Source of the DNA: Eubacteriales bacterium
Lineage (GTDB): Bacteria; Bacillota; Clostridia; Oscillospirales; CAG-272
Assembly: GCA_045632285.1 (NCBI GenBank)
Contig: JAZQWJ010000039.1
Span: 5,478-69,477 of the forward strand
Length of the DNA stretch: 64,000 nucleotides
Direction of reading: 5' to 3'
In this document: one piece after another, positions 27,821-37,125 of the stretch
Layout of the letters: each line of letters starts with the position of its first letter
Position numbering within the stretch: position 1 is the stretch's first letter
Notes under the pieces: model-generated
The model's database searches: none
What the model was told of the DNA's origin: nothing
The model's input: only the letters and a program-made list of their open reading frames with translations
Program-made: the position numbers and the translations under genes

Positions 27821-28525
27821 TCAATTCTCCTTTTTCATTCCTTGGTAGGCCACCATAGCGGCCTCGGGCTTGGTATTACAGCAAAGCAGATAAGTGGGAG
27901 TATGCCTAAGCATACGATCTAACAGATTTAAAAAGCTCACTGCCGCTTCAGTCTCAACAGGCATCAAGATCTGCCCTGCCAACCGTTCGATAACTTCGCT
28001 GCCGTTTAAGGGGCGTATCTTATTTTCTGCACCTCGCTCTAAAAAGCAGACGGCACCAAGGGGAGCTTGGGTATTCGCGCCTTGATTTTCTTTCCCTTGC
28101 CAAGGAGTTCCAAAAGCTCTCAATTGACCGTTTATAAATCGAAAGATCGGCTTGTCACCATTGACGATCTGCGCCCGATCGCCAAATTGCTTCAACCAAA
28201 GGGCTGTATGAGTAGACTTCCCTACACCCGAGGCTGCTGCAAAGGCATACGCCACGCCGTAACAAGCGACGACCGAAGCGTGAAAAACAAAAGCATCAAA
28301 CACAGGCAAGCGTAGCGCAATCTGCCGATAGGCACAGGTTGCCTCGGCCACGGACCTTGTTATACCGTAAGGAGCCTGCTTTAGTTCTGCATCGATCTCG
28401 GCATCGGTCACAGCCACCGTAATGTCAGCACGGTCAAAATCAGTGACGTACTCGCGACATAGCTGCGCAAGATAGGGATAACGGTTAATGATTTCGATGT
28501 TTAACTCTGCAACACGAATTTTCAT
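27821..28525 (-). CDS. HPr-kinase/PEPCK-like P-loop kinase (lasso-peptide kinase / ScmC-like)
   Basis: FHASVV, Walker A AASGVGKST, VNGDKP, FGTPWQGKE, FLERG. GGGAGG RBS. Confidence 0.82.
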   Translation of the reverse strand: MKIRVAELNIEIINRYPYLAQLCREYVTDFDRADITVAVTDAEIDAELKQAPYGITRSVAEATCAYRQIALRLPVFDAFVFHASVVACYGVAYAFAAASGVGKSTHTALWLKQFGDRAQIVNGDKPIFRFINGQLRAFGTPWQGKENQGANTQAPLGAVCFLERGAENKIRPLNGSEVIERLAGQILMPVETEAAVSFLNLLDRMLRHTPTYLLCCNTKPEAAMVAYQGMKKEN

Positions 28526-28552
28526 AGCCGCCCTCCCCTTTAAGATGCTTTT

Positions 28553-28581
28553 ATTTTATCACAAATGATCCAAAAAAACAA
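28553..28581 (-). promoter_or_regulatory. sigma-A promoter of the kinase-PqqD-peptidase operon
   Basis: TTGTTT-17 bp-TAAAAT with extended -10 TG. Confidence 0.6.
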
Positions 28582-28648
28582 GGTTTTTGGGGTATTTGCA
28601 ATAAAAAAACAGATATCTTGCTTTTTGAAGCGATTTCGCTTTTTTTGC

Positions 28649-28677
28649 TTGACTTTTTTTCTACAAAAATTTATAAT
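28649..28677 (+). promoter_or_regulatory. sigma-A promoter of the GH20 operon
   Basis: TTGACT-17 bp-TATAAT. Confidence 0.8.
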
Positions 28678-28711
28678 AAAAATGATTTTATATGCGCAGG
28701 AGGTGCTTGCT

Positions 28712-31033
28712 TTGATTGGGCATTTGAACGGCACAAAAATTGCTTTGGATCCGAACGCGAGCTATACTCGTATCGGCGGAAAAACCGAATTGCAAACAAC
28801 GTCAGCAGAAAACGGATTTTCAGTGATTGATTGGAAAACGCATCTTGCAACAGGTGTTGAACTGCATTTTATATTTGACCGTCCTGTATATCTGGCTCTG
28901 CTTACGTTGCCGCTTGATGCCGGCTGCGAGATTGAACAAGCCGAAGTGCTTGATAAAAGCGGCCGTTGCATTGGAAAGGCTAAGATCGAAGAAGGCTCTC
29001 TCACCGCTGAGCCCTGCGCACGCGGCACACACTTCACTTTACGCATCATTCCCACCCTAACCGACTTTTCTTTCGGTACGCCGCAATTTTACGGTGCAAG
29101 CTGCGAGGATGCTATGCTGTACCCCACCCCAAAGTCTGTCAAATGGCTTAATGGCACGCAAATGCGTGAGAAGCTTTTGTCGGTTTCGGCCGACACCAAT
29201 CCCGATACTGCGTTTGCTGCCTTGCATTTTGCGGAGCTTGCCCAAAAAAGATGGAGATCAACGATAAGTAAGGGGAGCTTCCTGCAGTTTCTTATTGATG
29301 ATACACTGCCACAGGATGCCTATCGTTTGAAGATAACAAGCGCCGAGGCCAAGCTATCCGCCTCTAACCGCCTTGGCCTGCTTTACGGCATAGAACGCCT
29401 GTTTGAGCTGGAAAAGGATGGCTCTTTGCCCTGCTGCGAGATCGAGGACGCGCCCTATAAAGAAATGCGCGGTGTGCATCTGTATCTCCCCAAGCGCAGT
29501 AATATTGAGTTTACAAAATCCCTGATCAAAAACATTCTGATCCCCTTTCACTACAATCAACTCTATATCGAGTTTGCGGGCGGTATGCGCTTTGACAGCC
29601 ACCCCGAGATCAGCGAGGCTTGGCTGGAGGGCAACCGACGCGCCAAAAACGGTGAAATTCCGCCCTTCCCCCACGGAACCGTGGCAGGCGGAACGCTTTT
29701 GGAAAAAAGCGAGGTGCGCGAGCTGTGCGATTTTGCACGAGAGCTTGGCTTTGAGCTGATCCCCGAGGTGCAGTCCTTTGGCCACGTGCAGTATATCACC
29801 TACGCACATCCGGAGATCGCCGAGATCGATCCGGAGCAGGAGAATACAGACACGGACGCCAGAGAGGCCGACATACCTCCTTCGCTGTTTTACAAGCATT
29901 CCTATTGTCCGCAAAACAAAAAGAGCTACGCCATCATTCACGATCTGATCGACGAGATCGTAGAGGTCGTGCGCCCGCAGCGCTTTGTGCATTGCGGACA
30001 CGACGAGATCTATCAGCTTGGTCTTTGCCCCAAATGCAAAAATGTACCAAGAGACGTGCTTTATGAAATGCACGTGCGCGATCTGCACGACTACCTTGAG
30101 GGCAAGGGTCTTCGCATGATGCTGTGGGCAGATATGGTGCAGCCTGTTTCAAAATATCAGTGCTATCCCGCGCTTGACCGCTTGCCAAAGGACATTGTTT
30201 GGCTGGACTTTATCTGGTACTTCCATACAGGAAAGGACATAGAACAAAATCTGCTTGACAAGGATTATCGCGTTATGATCGGCAACCTCTATTCCAGCCA
30301 TTTTCCGCGCTTTGAAAAGCGCATCAAGCCCCTGCTTGGCGGCGAGGTTTCCTTTTGGGCGCTGACCGACGAATCTGCCATCGCACGTGAAGGAAAGTTT
30401 TATGATCTGCTGTATACCGCCGAAATGCTGTGGTCTGAGAGTTATTGTGAGCAAGCGAGAAACGCCTATGCCACGATCATTGCCAAGCGCTTGCCACAAG
30501 TACGCACAAGCTTGCGTGGCACCCCCCTTCTTCAAGCCAAAAAATCTTTGAATTTCGGGATTCAAAAAGAAACGCCCTTTTTCAGCAAAACAAGCGTTGT
30601 TTTATTGAAAGATCCTATAGAGATTTCCGTCAACGCTTTCGCAGACGGCTTGCGTTTTACGCATACCACAATGTATCGTGAACGGCGCATTGCGTGGAAG
30701 GATCTTGTAGAGATCGGCAGTTATACGGTGCTGTATGAAGATGGTACCAAGGCAGAGATCCCCGTTACCTACGATGGCAACGTGCGATGCTTCAAGTACC
30801 GATTTGGAGAGCCGCTGCAAGGCGGCTACTACCGACACGAGGGCTATGTCTGCGCTTGGGATAGCGATCCTGTTGACGGCGGCTATACCCCCGACGGCAC
30901 TCCCATTACCCTTTATGCACTTGATTGGCACAATCCCCATCCCGATAAAAAGATCCGATCCGTCATCTGTCGTGAGCACGCCGACAGCGCCGCGGAATTG
31001 CTGCTTTGCGACATTTCGATTCTTCAAATATGA
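28712..31033 (+). CDS. GH20 family beta-N-acetylhexosaminidase-like protein
   Basis: GH20 domain 2 (PTPK..AYRLKI..GLLYG), IEDAP..RGVH, IPEVQSFGH, catalytic HCGHDE, WADM. In-frame TTG start after AGGAGG. Confidence 0.88.
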   Translation: MIGHLNGTKIALDPNASYTRIGGKTELQTTSAENGFSVIDWKTHLATGVELHFIFDRPVYLALLTLPLDAGCEIEQAEVLDKSGRCIGKAKIEEGSLTAEPCARGTHFTLRIIPTLTDFSFGTPQFYGASCEDAMLYPTPKSVKWLNGTQMREKLLSVSADTNPDTAFAALHFAELAQKRWRSTISKGSFLQFLIDDTLPQDAYRLKITSAEAKLSASNRLGLLYGIERLFELEKDGSLPCCEIEDAPYKEMRGVHLYLPKRSNIEFTKSLIKNILIPFHYNQLYIEFAGGMRFDSHPEISEAWLEGNRRAKNGEIPPFPHGTVAGGTLLEKSEVRELCDFARELGFELIPEVQSFGHVQYITYAHPEIAEIDPEQENTDTDAREADIPPSLFYKHSYCPQNKKSYAIIHDLIDEIVEVVRPQRFVHCGHDEIYQLGLCPKCKNVPRDVLYEMHVRDLHDYLEGKGLRMMLWADMVQPVSKYQCYPALDRLPKDIVWLDFIWYFHTGKDIEQNLLDKDYRVMIGNLYSSHFPRFEKRIKPLLGGEVSFWALTDESAIAREGKFYDLLYTAEMLWSESYCEQARNAYATIIAKRLPQVRTSLRGTPLLQAKKSLNFGIQKETPFFSKTSVVLLKDPIEISVNAFADGLRFTHTTMYRERRIAWKDLVEIGSYTVLYEDGTKAEIPVTYDGNVRCFKYRFGEPLQGGYYRHEGYVCAWDSDPVDGGYTPDGTPITLYALDWHNPHPDKKIRSVICREHADSAAELLLCDISILQI

Positions 31034-31072
31034 TCGGCACCGCCGCCACCCATACCTAAAGGAGAGATCATA

Positions 31073-32977
31073 ATGTATAAGCTTTCTATTCCCTTAATGT
31101 CCTCTTCCATTCACAAGGGCAACCGCGCAGAATACGTCCGCCAATGCCGCGAGGCAGGAGCGACCCGCATTTTTTTAGCACACGAGAGCTCGATGTATCC
31201 TATCCCCGACACTCTTGGTGAAAACGTTGCCTATTTTAAAGAAAATGGCTTCGAGGTAGGCATCTGGCTGGGTGATACCATCGGTCACGGCTTTGCTCTT
31301 TCCCACATTGAAGGCGGCATGGACGCCTCTGCCTTTCCCCTGATGATCGATATTCAGGGTCAGCAGCGCCCCTTTGCCTACTGCCCCTTGGATGCGAATT
31401 TTCGTCAATACATCGCCAAGACCGTAGCAAAATTGGCCGCCACAGGTGCCGATATTGTGATGCTGGACGATGATTTTCGCATGTCGCAGCACGGTACCGA
31501 GCTTTGCTGTGCCTGTCCGATGCATCTAAAGCGCATAGGAGAAATTCTGGGTGAAGAGATCACCTTGGAGCAGCTGCGTCCTTTCGTGATATCGGGCAAG
31601 GCCAATCAATATCGCAACGCTTGGATGCAGGCACAAAACGAGGGGCTTTTGCAATTGGCAAAAGATATCCGAATAGAGGTAGACAAAAAGAACCCCGAAA
31701 CGCTTCTTTGCACCTGCGTTGCCTTTGCACCCTGGAACGCGGACGGTACCGATATGCCTGAGATCGTGAGAACACTTGCCGGCGGCAAGAAAGGGCTTCT
31801 CCGTCTTACAGGTGCGCCCTATTGGGCCGTTAAAAAACGGCAATTCCCTTTGATCGGCGTGTTTGAGATCGCCCGTATGCTGGCATCCTTTGTAAAGGAC
31901 GAGGGCTTTGAGCTGATGAGTGAGGGCGATGTGTATCCCCGTCCCCGCTACACCTGCCCTGCCTCTTATCTGGAGCTTTACGATGCCGTGACCCGCATTG
32001 ACGGCAGCTATGACGGCATTCTCAAATATATGTTCGACTATATGGCCGGCCCCCATATGGAGACCGGTTATCTCAAGCTCCATAATGAAAACAAGCCTTT
32101 GATCACCCGCCTTGCCGCACTGTTTTCGGGCAACGCCAATACAGGTGTGCGTATCATAGCACGCCCCCATACTGCACGGGAGGCCGATCTTGACCTCACA
32201 ACGCTGGATCCGCTGATGCCCCGCCCCATGGACGGCACGATGCTTGGTCAATGCGGCATTCCTACGATCTACAACGGCAAGGGCGTATGCAATGCGGCCT
32301 TTGGAGAAAACGCCCGCTTGATGGATCTTTCTTTGCTTGACGACGGCATGATGCTGGATGCCACCGCTGCCGCTATTCTCGCAGAACGAGGCGTTGACGT
32401 AGGTCTGCGGTATCCCAGCGGGCTTAAGACCGAAAGCATTACCTATCTTTGCACCAAGGATCCCGAATACAAGTCCTTTATCACCGACGGCAAGGTTCGC
32501 GTGCTATACGCCGATATTGCTGCCGAAGCAGAGCCTGTTCTGTTTTCTACCACACACGGTATGCGCCCCATGGCCTACCGCTACGAAAACAAGTCGGGAC
32601 AGCGTTTTCTGGTCTTTTTGTATGAGGCCAATTCCATCTATTACTCCACCGGAGTGGGACTTTCGGGCCTTACCAAAAACCCCGCCGTACAAAGGGTGCT
32701 ACACGAAAACATGCCCTGGGTGGCGCGCAAGCCCATGCCTGCCGCCACCACAGGCAATCCCGAGCTGTACGTCATGTGCCGCAAGGACGAGGGGGCGATG
32801 TCCGTAGCGCTGTTTAACTGCTTTGCCGATCCCGCACTGAACCCCGTGGTTCAACTGGACGAGCAATACAGCCGTATCGAGTGCCTGAACTGCGAGGCGG
32901 AGCTACAGGGTAACCGTGTGGTGCTGAAAGGGAGACTTCGTGCCTTTGAATTCTGCGGATTCCGTGTTTACAAATAA
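31073..32977 (+). CDS. uncharacterised putative glycoside hydrolase (TIM-barrel-like)
   Basis: 634 aa, AAGGAG RBS, 39 nt after GH20. Motifs CPLD..F, IVMLDDDFR, CCACPMH, EGDVYPRPR. Confidence 0.7.
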   Translation: MYKLSIPLMSSSIHKGNRAEYVRQCREAGATRIFLAHESSMYPIPDTLGENVAYFKENGFEVGIWLGDTIGHGFALSHIEGGMDASAFPLMIDIQGQQRPFAYCPLDANFRQYIAKTVAKLAATGADIVMLDDDFRMSQHGTELCCACPMHLKRIGEILGEEITLEQLRPFVISGKANQYRNAWMQAQNEGLLQLAKDIRIEVDKKNPETLLCTCVAFAPWNADGTDMPEIVRTLAGGKKGLLRLTGAPYWAVKKRQFPLIGVFEIARMLASFVKDEGFELMSEGDVYPRPRYTCPASYLELYDAVTRIDGSYDGILKYMFDYMAGPHMETGYLKLHNENKPLITRLAALFSGNANTGVRIIARPHTAREADLDLTTLDPLMPRPMDGTMLGQCGIPTIYNGKGVCNAAFGENARLMDLSLLDDGMMLDATAAAILAERGVDVGLRYPSGLKTESITYLCTKDPEYKSFITDGKVRVLYADIAAEAEPVLFSTTHGMRPMAYRYENKSGQRFLVFLYEANSIYYSTGVGLSGLTKNPAVQRVLHENMPWVARKPMPAATTGNPELYVMCRKDEGAMSVALFNCFADPALNPVVQLDEQYSRIECLNCEAELQGNRVVLKGRLRAFEFCGFRVYK

Positions 32978-32981
32978 AAGC

Positions 32982-33013
32982 AAAAAAGGAAGCACCTTGG
33001 TGCTTCCTTTTTT
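32982..33013. terminator. bidirectional intrinsic terminator
   Basis: AAAAAAGGAAGCAC-cttg-GTGCTTCCTTTTTT. Confidence 0.9.
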
Positions 33014-33024
33014 CATTGTTTTTT

Positions 33025-34440
33025 TTAGAACGCGATCTTCTTTTCGATATACTCCTTCAGCTCGGAGATCGGGATGCGAACCTGCTCCATAGTGTCACGG
33101 TCGCGGACGGTGACGCAGTTGTCGGCGGGCTTTTCGGCATCGCCAACGGTCTCAAAGTCTACGGTCACGCAAAGAGGCGTACCGATCTCGTCCTCGCGGC
33201 GGTAACGCTTACCGATCGAGCCGGTCTCGTCATAATCCACTGCAAAGTACTTAGAAAGCTCGTCACGCACCTCCAAAGCCTTGTCAGAAAGCTTTTTGGA
33301 AAGAGGCAGAACGGCAACCTTGTAAGGAGCCAATGCGGGATGCAGATGAAGGACAACACGCACGTCGTTCTTCTCAGCATCGATCACTTCTTCGTCATAA
33401 GCATCGACCAGGAATGCAAGCGCTACGCGGTCAGCACCCAAAGAAGGCTCGACAACGTAAGGCGTATAGCGCTCGTTGGTTTCGGGATCAAAATAGGTCA
33501 TATCCTTGTTGGAGTGCTTTGCGTGCTGACCGAGGTCGTAATCGGTACGGTCGGCAACGCCCCACAGCTCGCCCCAGCCGAACGGGAACAGGAATTCAAA
33601 GTCGGTAGTACCCTTGGAGTAGAAAGCCAGCTCCTCGGGATCGTGGTCGCGCAGACGGAGATTTTCCTTGCGCATACCAAGGTCAAGCAACCACTTCTCG
33701 CAGAAGTTTCTCCAATAGTTGAACCACTCAAGATCGGTACCGGGCTTGCAGAAGAACTCCAGCTCCATCTGCCCCCACTCGCGGGTACGGAACACAAAGT
33801 TGCCGGGCGTGATCTCGTTACGGAAGGACTTACCGATCTGGCAAACGCCAAAGGGCAGCTTGCGGCGGGTCGCACGCTGAATGGCAGGGAAATTGACAAA
33901 GATACCCTGTGCGGTCTCGGGACGGAGATACACGGTATTGGTGCTATCCTCGGTAACACCGATAAAGGTCTTGAACATCAGGTTAAACTTTTTGATAGCG
34001 GTAAAATCATTCTTGCCGCAAACGGGACATACGATACCCTTCTCTGCGATGTATTCGGACATCTGCTCGAAGGTCCAGCCTGCGGGATTATCGTCGGTAC
34101 CGTGCTCAAAGGCATATTCCTCGATCAGCTTATCGGCGCGGTGGCGCGCCTTGCAGGACTTGCAGTCCATCAAGGGATCGGAAAAGCCACCCACGTGGCC
34201 GGAGGCCACCCAAGCCTCGGGGTTCATAATGATCGCGCTGTCAAGGCCCACGTTATAGCGGCTCTCCTGCACAAATTTTTTCCACCAAGCGCGCTTGACG
34301 TTGTTCTTAAACTCAACGCCGAGAGGACCGTAGTCCCAAGAGTTGGCAAGGCCGCCGTAGATCTCGGAGCCGGGGAAAATAAAGCCGCGGTTCTTGCAAA
34401 GAGCAACGATTTTGTCCATTGTTTTTTCAAGATTGTTCAT
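33025..34440 (-). CDS. glyQS: glycine--tRNA ligase, alpha2 type
   Basis: [48 protein letters not shown], anticodon domain [15 protein letters not shown]. Confidence 0.97.
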   Translation of the reverse strand: MNNLEKTMDKIVALCKNRGFIFPGSEIYGGLANSWDYGPLGVEFKNNVKRAWWKKFVQESRYNVGLDSAIIMNPEAWVASGHVGGFSDPLMDCKSCKARHRADKLIEEYAFEHGTDDNPAGWTFEQMSEYIAEKGIVCPVCGKNDFTAIKKFNLMFKTFIGVTEDSTNTVYLRPETAQGIFVNFPAIQRATRRKLPFGVCQIGKSFRNEITPGNFVFRTREWGQMELEFFCKPGTDLEWFNYWRNFCEKWLLDLGMRKENLRLRDHDPEELAFYSKGTTDFEFLFPFGWGELWGVADRTDYDLGQHAKHSNKDMTYFDPETNERYTPYVVEPSLGADRVALAFLVDAYDEEVIDAEKNDVRVVLHLHPALAPYKVAVLPLSKKLSDKALEVRDELSKYFAVDYDETGSIGKRYRREDEIGTPLCVTVDFETVGDAEKPADNCVTVRDRDTMEQVRIPISELKEYIEKKIAF

Positions 34441-34470
34441 AGCAAACTCCTAAATATGTAATACTTTTTT

Positions 34471-34499
34471 ATTTTACTCTGTTGTTGGGGTTTTGTCAA
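34471..34499 (-). promoter_or_regulatory. sigma-A promoter of glyQS
   Basis: TTGACA-17 bp-TAAAAT. Confidence 0.8.
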
Positions 34500-34512
34500 G
34501 GGAAATTGGCGA

Positions 34513-34986
34513 TTATTCGGTAAGATCGGCAGTTTTTGCACCGACAAAAGAAATAAGATCGGTAACCGACAGCAAAAGCTGTGCACCGCGCATACCTGAG
34601 CTGACAGTGATCTTTTCAAATTGCAAAGCACTTTCGTGTAAAAAGGTAGGAAACTGCTTTTTCATTCCAATGGGCGAGCAGCCGCCGCGGATATAACCGG
34701 TCAATGCCAACAGATCCTTAACGTGCACCATTTCTATTTTTTTGTTTCCTGTTACACGCGCTGCTTTTTTCAGATCGATCTCAAGATCAACGGGAATGCA
34801 AAATACCACGGGCCCCGTCTTATCTCCCTTTGCGACCAGCGTCTTAAATACCATCTCATGGGGCAACCCGATCTCGTCTGCAATATGCTTACCGGAAAGA
34901 TCGTTTTCGTCTACGGGATACTCATAAGGGACATAGGGGATCTTAGCAGCATCCAGTCGCCGCATTGCATTGGTCTTTGTCTTCAT
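34513..34986 (-). CDS. ybaK: Cys-tRNA(Pro) deacylase
   Basis: KTNAMR, VFKTLV, TGYIRGGCSPIGMKK, SSGMRG. Confidence 0.93.
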   Translation of the reverse strand: MKTKTNAMRRLDAAKIPYVPYEYPVDENDLSGKHIADEIGLPHEMVFKTLVAKGDKTGPVVFCIPVDLEIDLKKAARVTGNKKIEMVHVKDLLALTGYIRGGCSPIGMKKQFPTFLHESALQFEKITVSSGMRGAQLLLSVTDLISFVGAKTADLTE

Positions 34987-36656
34987 CGATACGCTCTCCC
35001 CTCCTCGATCATTTCCTTTGCAGCATCGCTTTGTGCCTTGGTCACCGAAAGGCCGCCCAAAATACGTGCGACCTCGCCTACGCGTCCATCCTCACTCAAA
35101 AGATCGACGGTGGTAAAGGCGCGATCGTTTGCAGTCTGCTTGGTGATCTTGTAATGCGACGTTGCAAGCGAAGCGATCTGCGCGGAGTGCGTAATACAAA
35201 GAACCTGCACTGCGCGGCCGATCTCGGCAAGCTTGATACCGATCTTTAAGGCTGTTTTACCCGAAATACCGGTGTCTACCTCATCAAAAACAGCGGTTTT
35301 GACACCATCGCGGTCGTTAAGCACACTCTTTAGCGCCAACATAATACGAGAAAGCTCACCGCCCGAAGCAATGCGAGATAACGGCAGCAGCGGTTCGCCG
35401 GGATTTGTGGCAATGCAATATTCTACGTCATCGTTACCCGCTGCCGAAAAGCTGTCTGTTGCCCGCACGGCGATCTCAAAGCGCACCGATGGCATATCTA
35501 AAAACGCAAGGCCTGCTTGTACCTGCGCACCAAGCTCCTTAGCAGCACAAACGCGGGCTGTATGAAGCTCTGCCGCCAGTACTCGAACCTCTTTTTCCAA
35601 GCGCGCGATCTCTTTCTCCAGTTTTTCACAGGCCTCGTCCGCGTGCTCTAAGCCATCCAACCGTTTGGCGGCCTCGGCGCGAAACGCCAGGATCGCAGCA
35701 ATGTCCTCACCGTATTTGCGGCGGAGCTTTGTGATCGTGTCCAGTCTGCCCTCAACGCGGTTCAACGCCTCGGTAGGGTCACCGTCGGCATCCTCGCCCA
35801 TATCACGGGCCGTATTGGCAATATCCTCGACCTCATAGCGCATCTGCATCAGCTTTTCTGCCGCCTCGGCAGCAGAGGGGATCACTCCGGCCAATTGATG
35901 CATAGCCTGCGAGGCTCTCTCTAAGATCAGCGCCGCGGAGCCCTTTTCACTGCCGTACAGCACGCGATAGGTAAATTCGGTCTGTTTTGCGATCTTTTCG
36001 GCATTTTGAAGCTTAGAGCGTTTCTCTAGCAGTGCTTCTTCCTCTCCAACCTTTAAGTGTGCGGCGTCGATCTCTCCGATCTGAAAGCTCAAAATATCAC
36101 GTAATCGATTGGCCTCGGCTCCGTCACGGCGCCGCTCGGACAACGTTTCCTTTGCTTTGCGTAGCGCGCTGTATGCGGATTTATAACGCTCCAAACAGTC
36201 ACCAAAATCGGCAACACCATCCAGTATCCTTGCCTGACTTTCTTTTTTTAGCAATGCCTGATTGTCGTTTTGACCGTGAATGCTGACCAAAAGACCCGCG
36301 ATCTCTCGCATCATTGCCTGTGGGATCACACGGCCGTTCAGTCGACTTTTGACCTTTCCGTCAGCAGTTAACGTTCGTTGCAACAAAAGCTCTTCCTCTA
36401 CAGCGATACCGTTTTCGGAAAGGTAAGCTGCGCAAGACTCGCCAATATCGGTAAACACGCCGCTGACCGTAGCCAGCTCGGTACCGTTTCTTACCATCTC
36501 GCGAGAGGCTTTTCCGCCAAGCAAAAAGGAAAGCGCATCGATCATGACCGATTTGCCCGCACCGGTCTCGCCGGTGATCACCGACAAGCCCTTTGAAAAA
36601 TCAATATCAAGGCACTGTATCACAGCTACATTCTCAATATGCAGAGAATCTAACAT
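34983..36656 (-). CDS. recN: DNA repair protein RecN
   Basis: TGETGAGKS, IHGQND, coiled coil, ASGGELSR, FDEVDTG, ITHSAQIA. Confidence 0.97.
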   Translation of the reverse strand: MLDSLHIENVAVIQCLDIDFSKGLSVITGETGAGKSVMIDALSFLLGGKASREMVRNGTELATVSGVFTDIGESCAAYLSENGIAVEEELLLQRTLTADGKVKSRLNGRVIPQAMMREIAGLLVSIHGQNDNQALLKKESQARILDGVADFGDCLERYKSAYSALRKAKETLSERRRDGAEANRLRDILSFQIGEIDAAHLKVGEEEALLEKRSKLQNAEKIAKQTEFTYRVLYGSEKGSAALILERASQAMHQLAGVIPSAAEAAEKLMQMRYEVEDIANTARDMGEDADGDPTEALNRVEGRLDTITKLRRKYGEDIAAILAFRAEAAKRLDGLEHADEACEKLEKEIARLEKEVRVLAAELHTARVCAAKELGAQVQAGLAFLDMPSVRFEIAVRATDSFSAAGNDDVEYCIATNPGEPLLPLSRIASGGELSRIMLALKSVLNDRDGVKTAVFDEVDTGISGKTALKIGIKLAEIGRAVQVLCITHSAQIASLATSHYKITKQTANDRAFTTVDLLSEDGRVGEVARILGGLSVTKAQSDAAKEMIEEGRAYR

Positions 36657-36659
36657 AGC

Positions 36660-37118
36660 TTAGCCCTTCATCATAATATGGATGCGCTCGCTGAAATTTT
36701 TAGCGGTCGCCTCGTTGCGGGTAACGACCAAAATCGTATCATCTCCCGCTACACAACCCAAAACCTCGGCAATAGACATACTGTCAATGCCGCTTGCCAC
36801 TGCGTTGGCAAGACCGGGATAAGTCTTAATCACCACAAGATTTTGCGCATATTCCACCGAAATGATAGAGTCCACCAAAGCAGCGTTAAATTTCAGACCC
36901 GCAACCAGCTCCTCTCTCTTTGGGGGGACGTAACGATACGTTCCCTTTCCGGTCAGGGTCTTGTTGAGCTGAAGCTCGCGGATATCACGAGAGACAGTCG
37001 CTTGTGTGACCGCATAGCCCTCCATCATCAAACGATCGATCAGATCGTCCTGTGTTTCGATATGATATCTATTTACGATCTCAAGGATCTTTTTTTGTCT
37101 GTTTACTTTCATGCTCAT
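36660..37118 (-). CDS. argR: arginine repressor
   Basis: TQATVSRDIREL, KTYPG, GCVAGDDT. Confidence 0.95.
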   Translation of the reverse strand: MSMKVNRQKKILEIVNRYHIETQDDLIDRLMMEGYAVTQATVSRDIRELQLNKTLTGKGTYRYVPPKREELVAGLKFNAALVDSIISVEYAQNLVVIKTYPGLANAVASGIDSMSIAEVLGCVAGDDTILVVTRNEATAKNFSERIHIMMKG

Positions 37119-37125
37119 CGCCCTT

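Noticed and set aside
28565-28711. N-terminal extensions given by the ORF track (GH20; also trmL, mnmA, secA, HAD, araC, rubredoxin, EEP)
   Set aside because: They overlap promoters or upstream genes, and downstream starts have clear RBSs.
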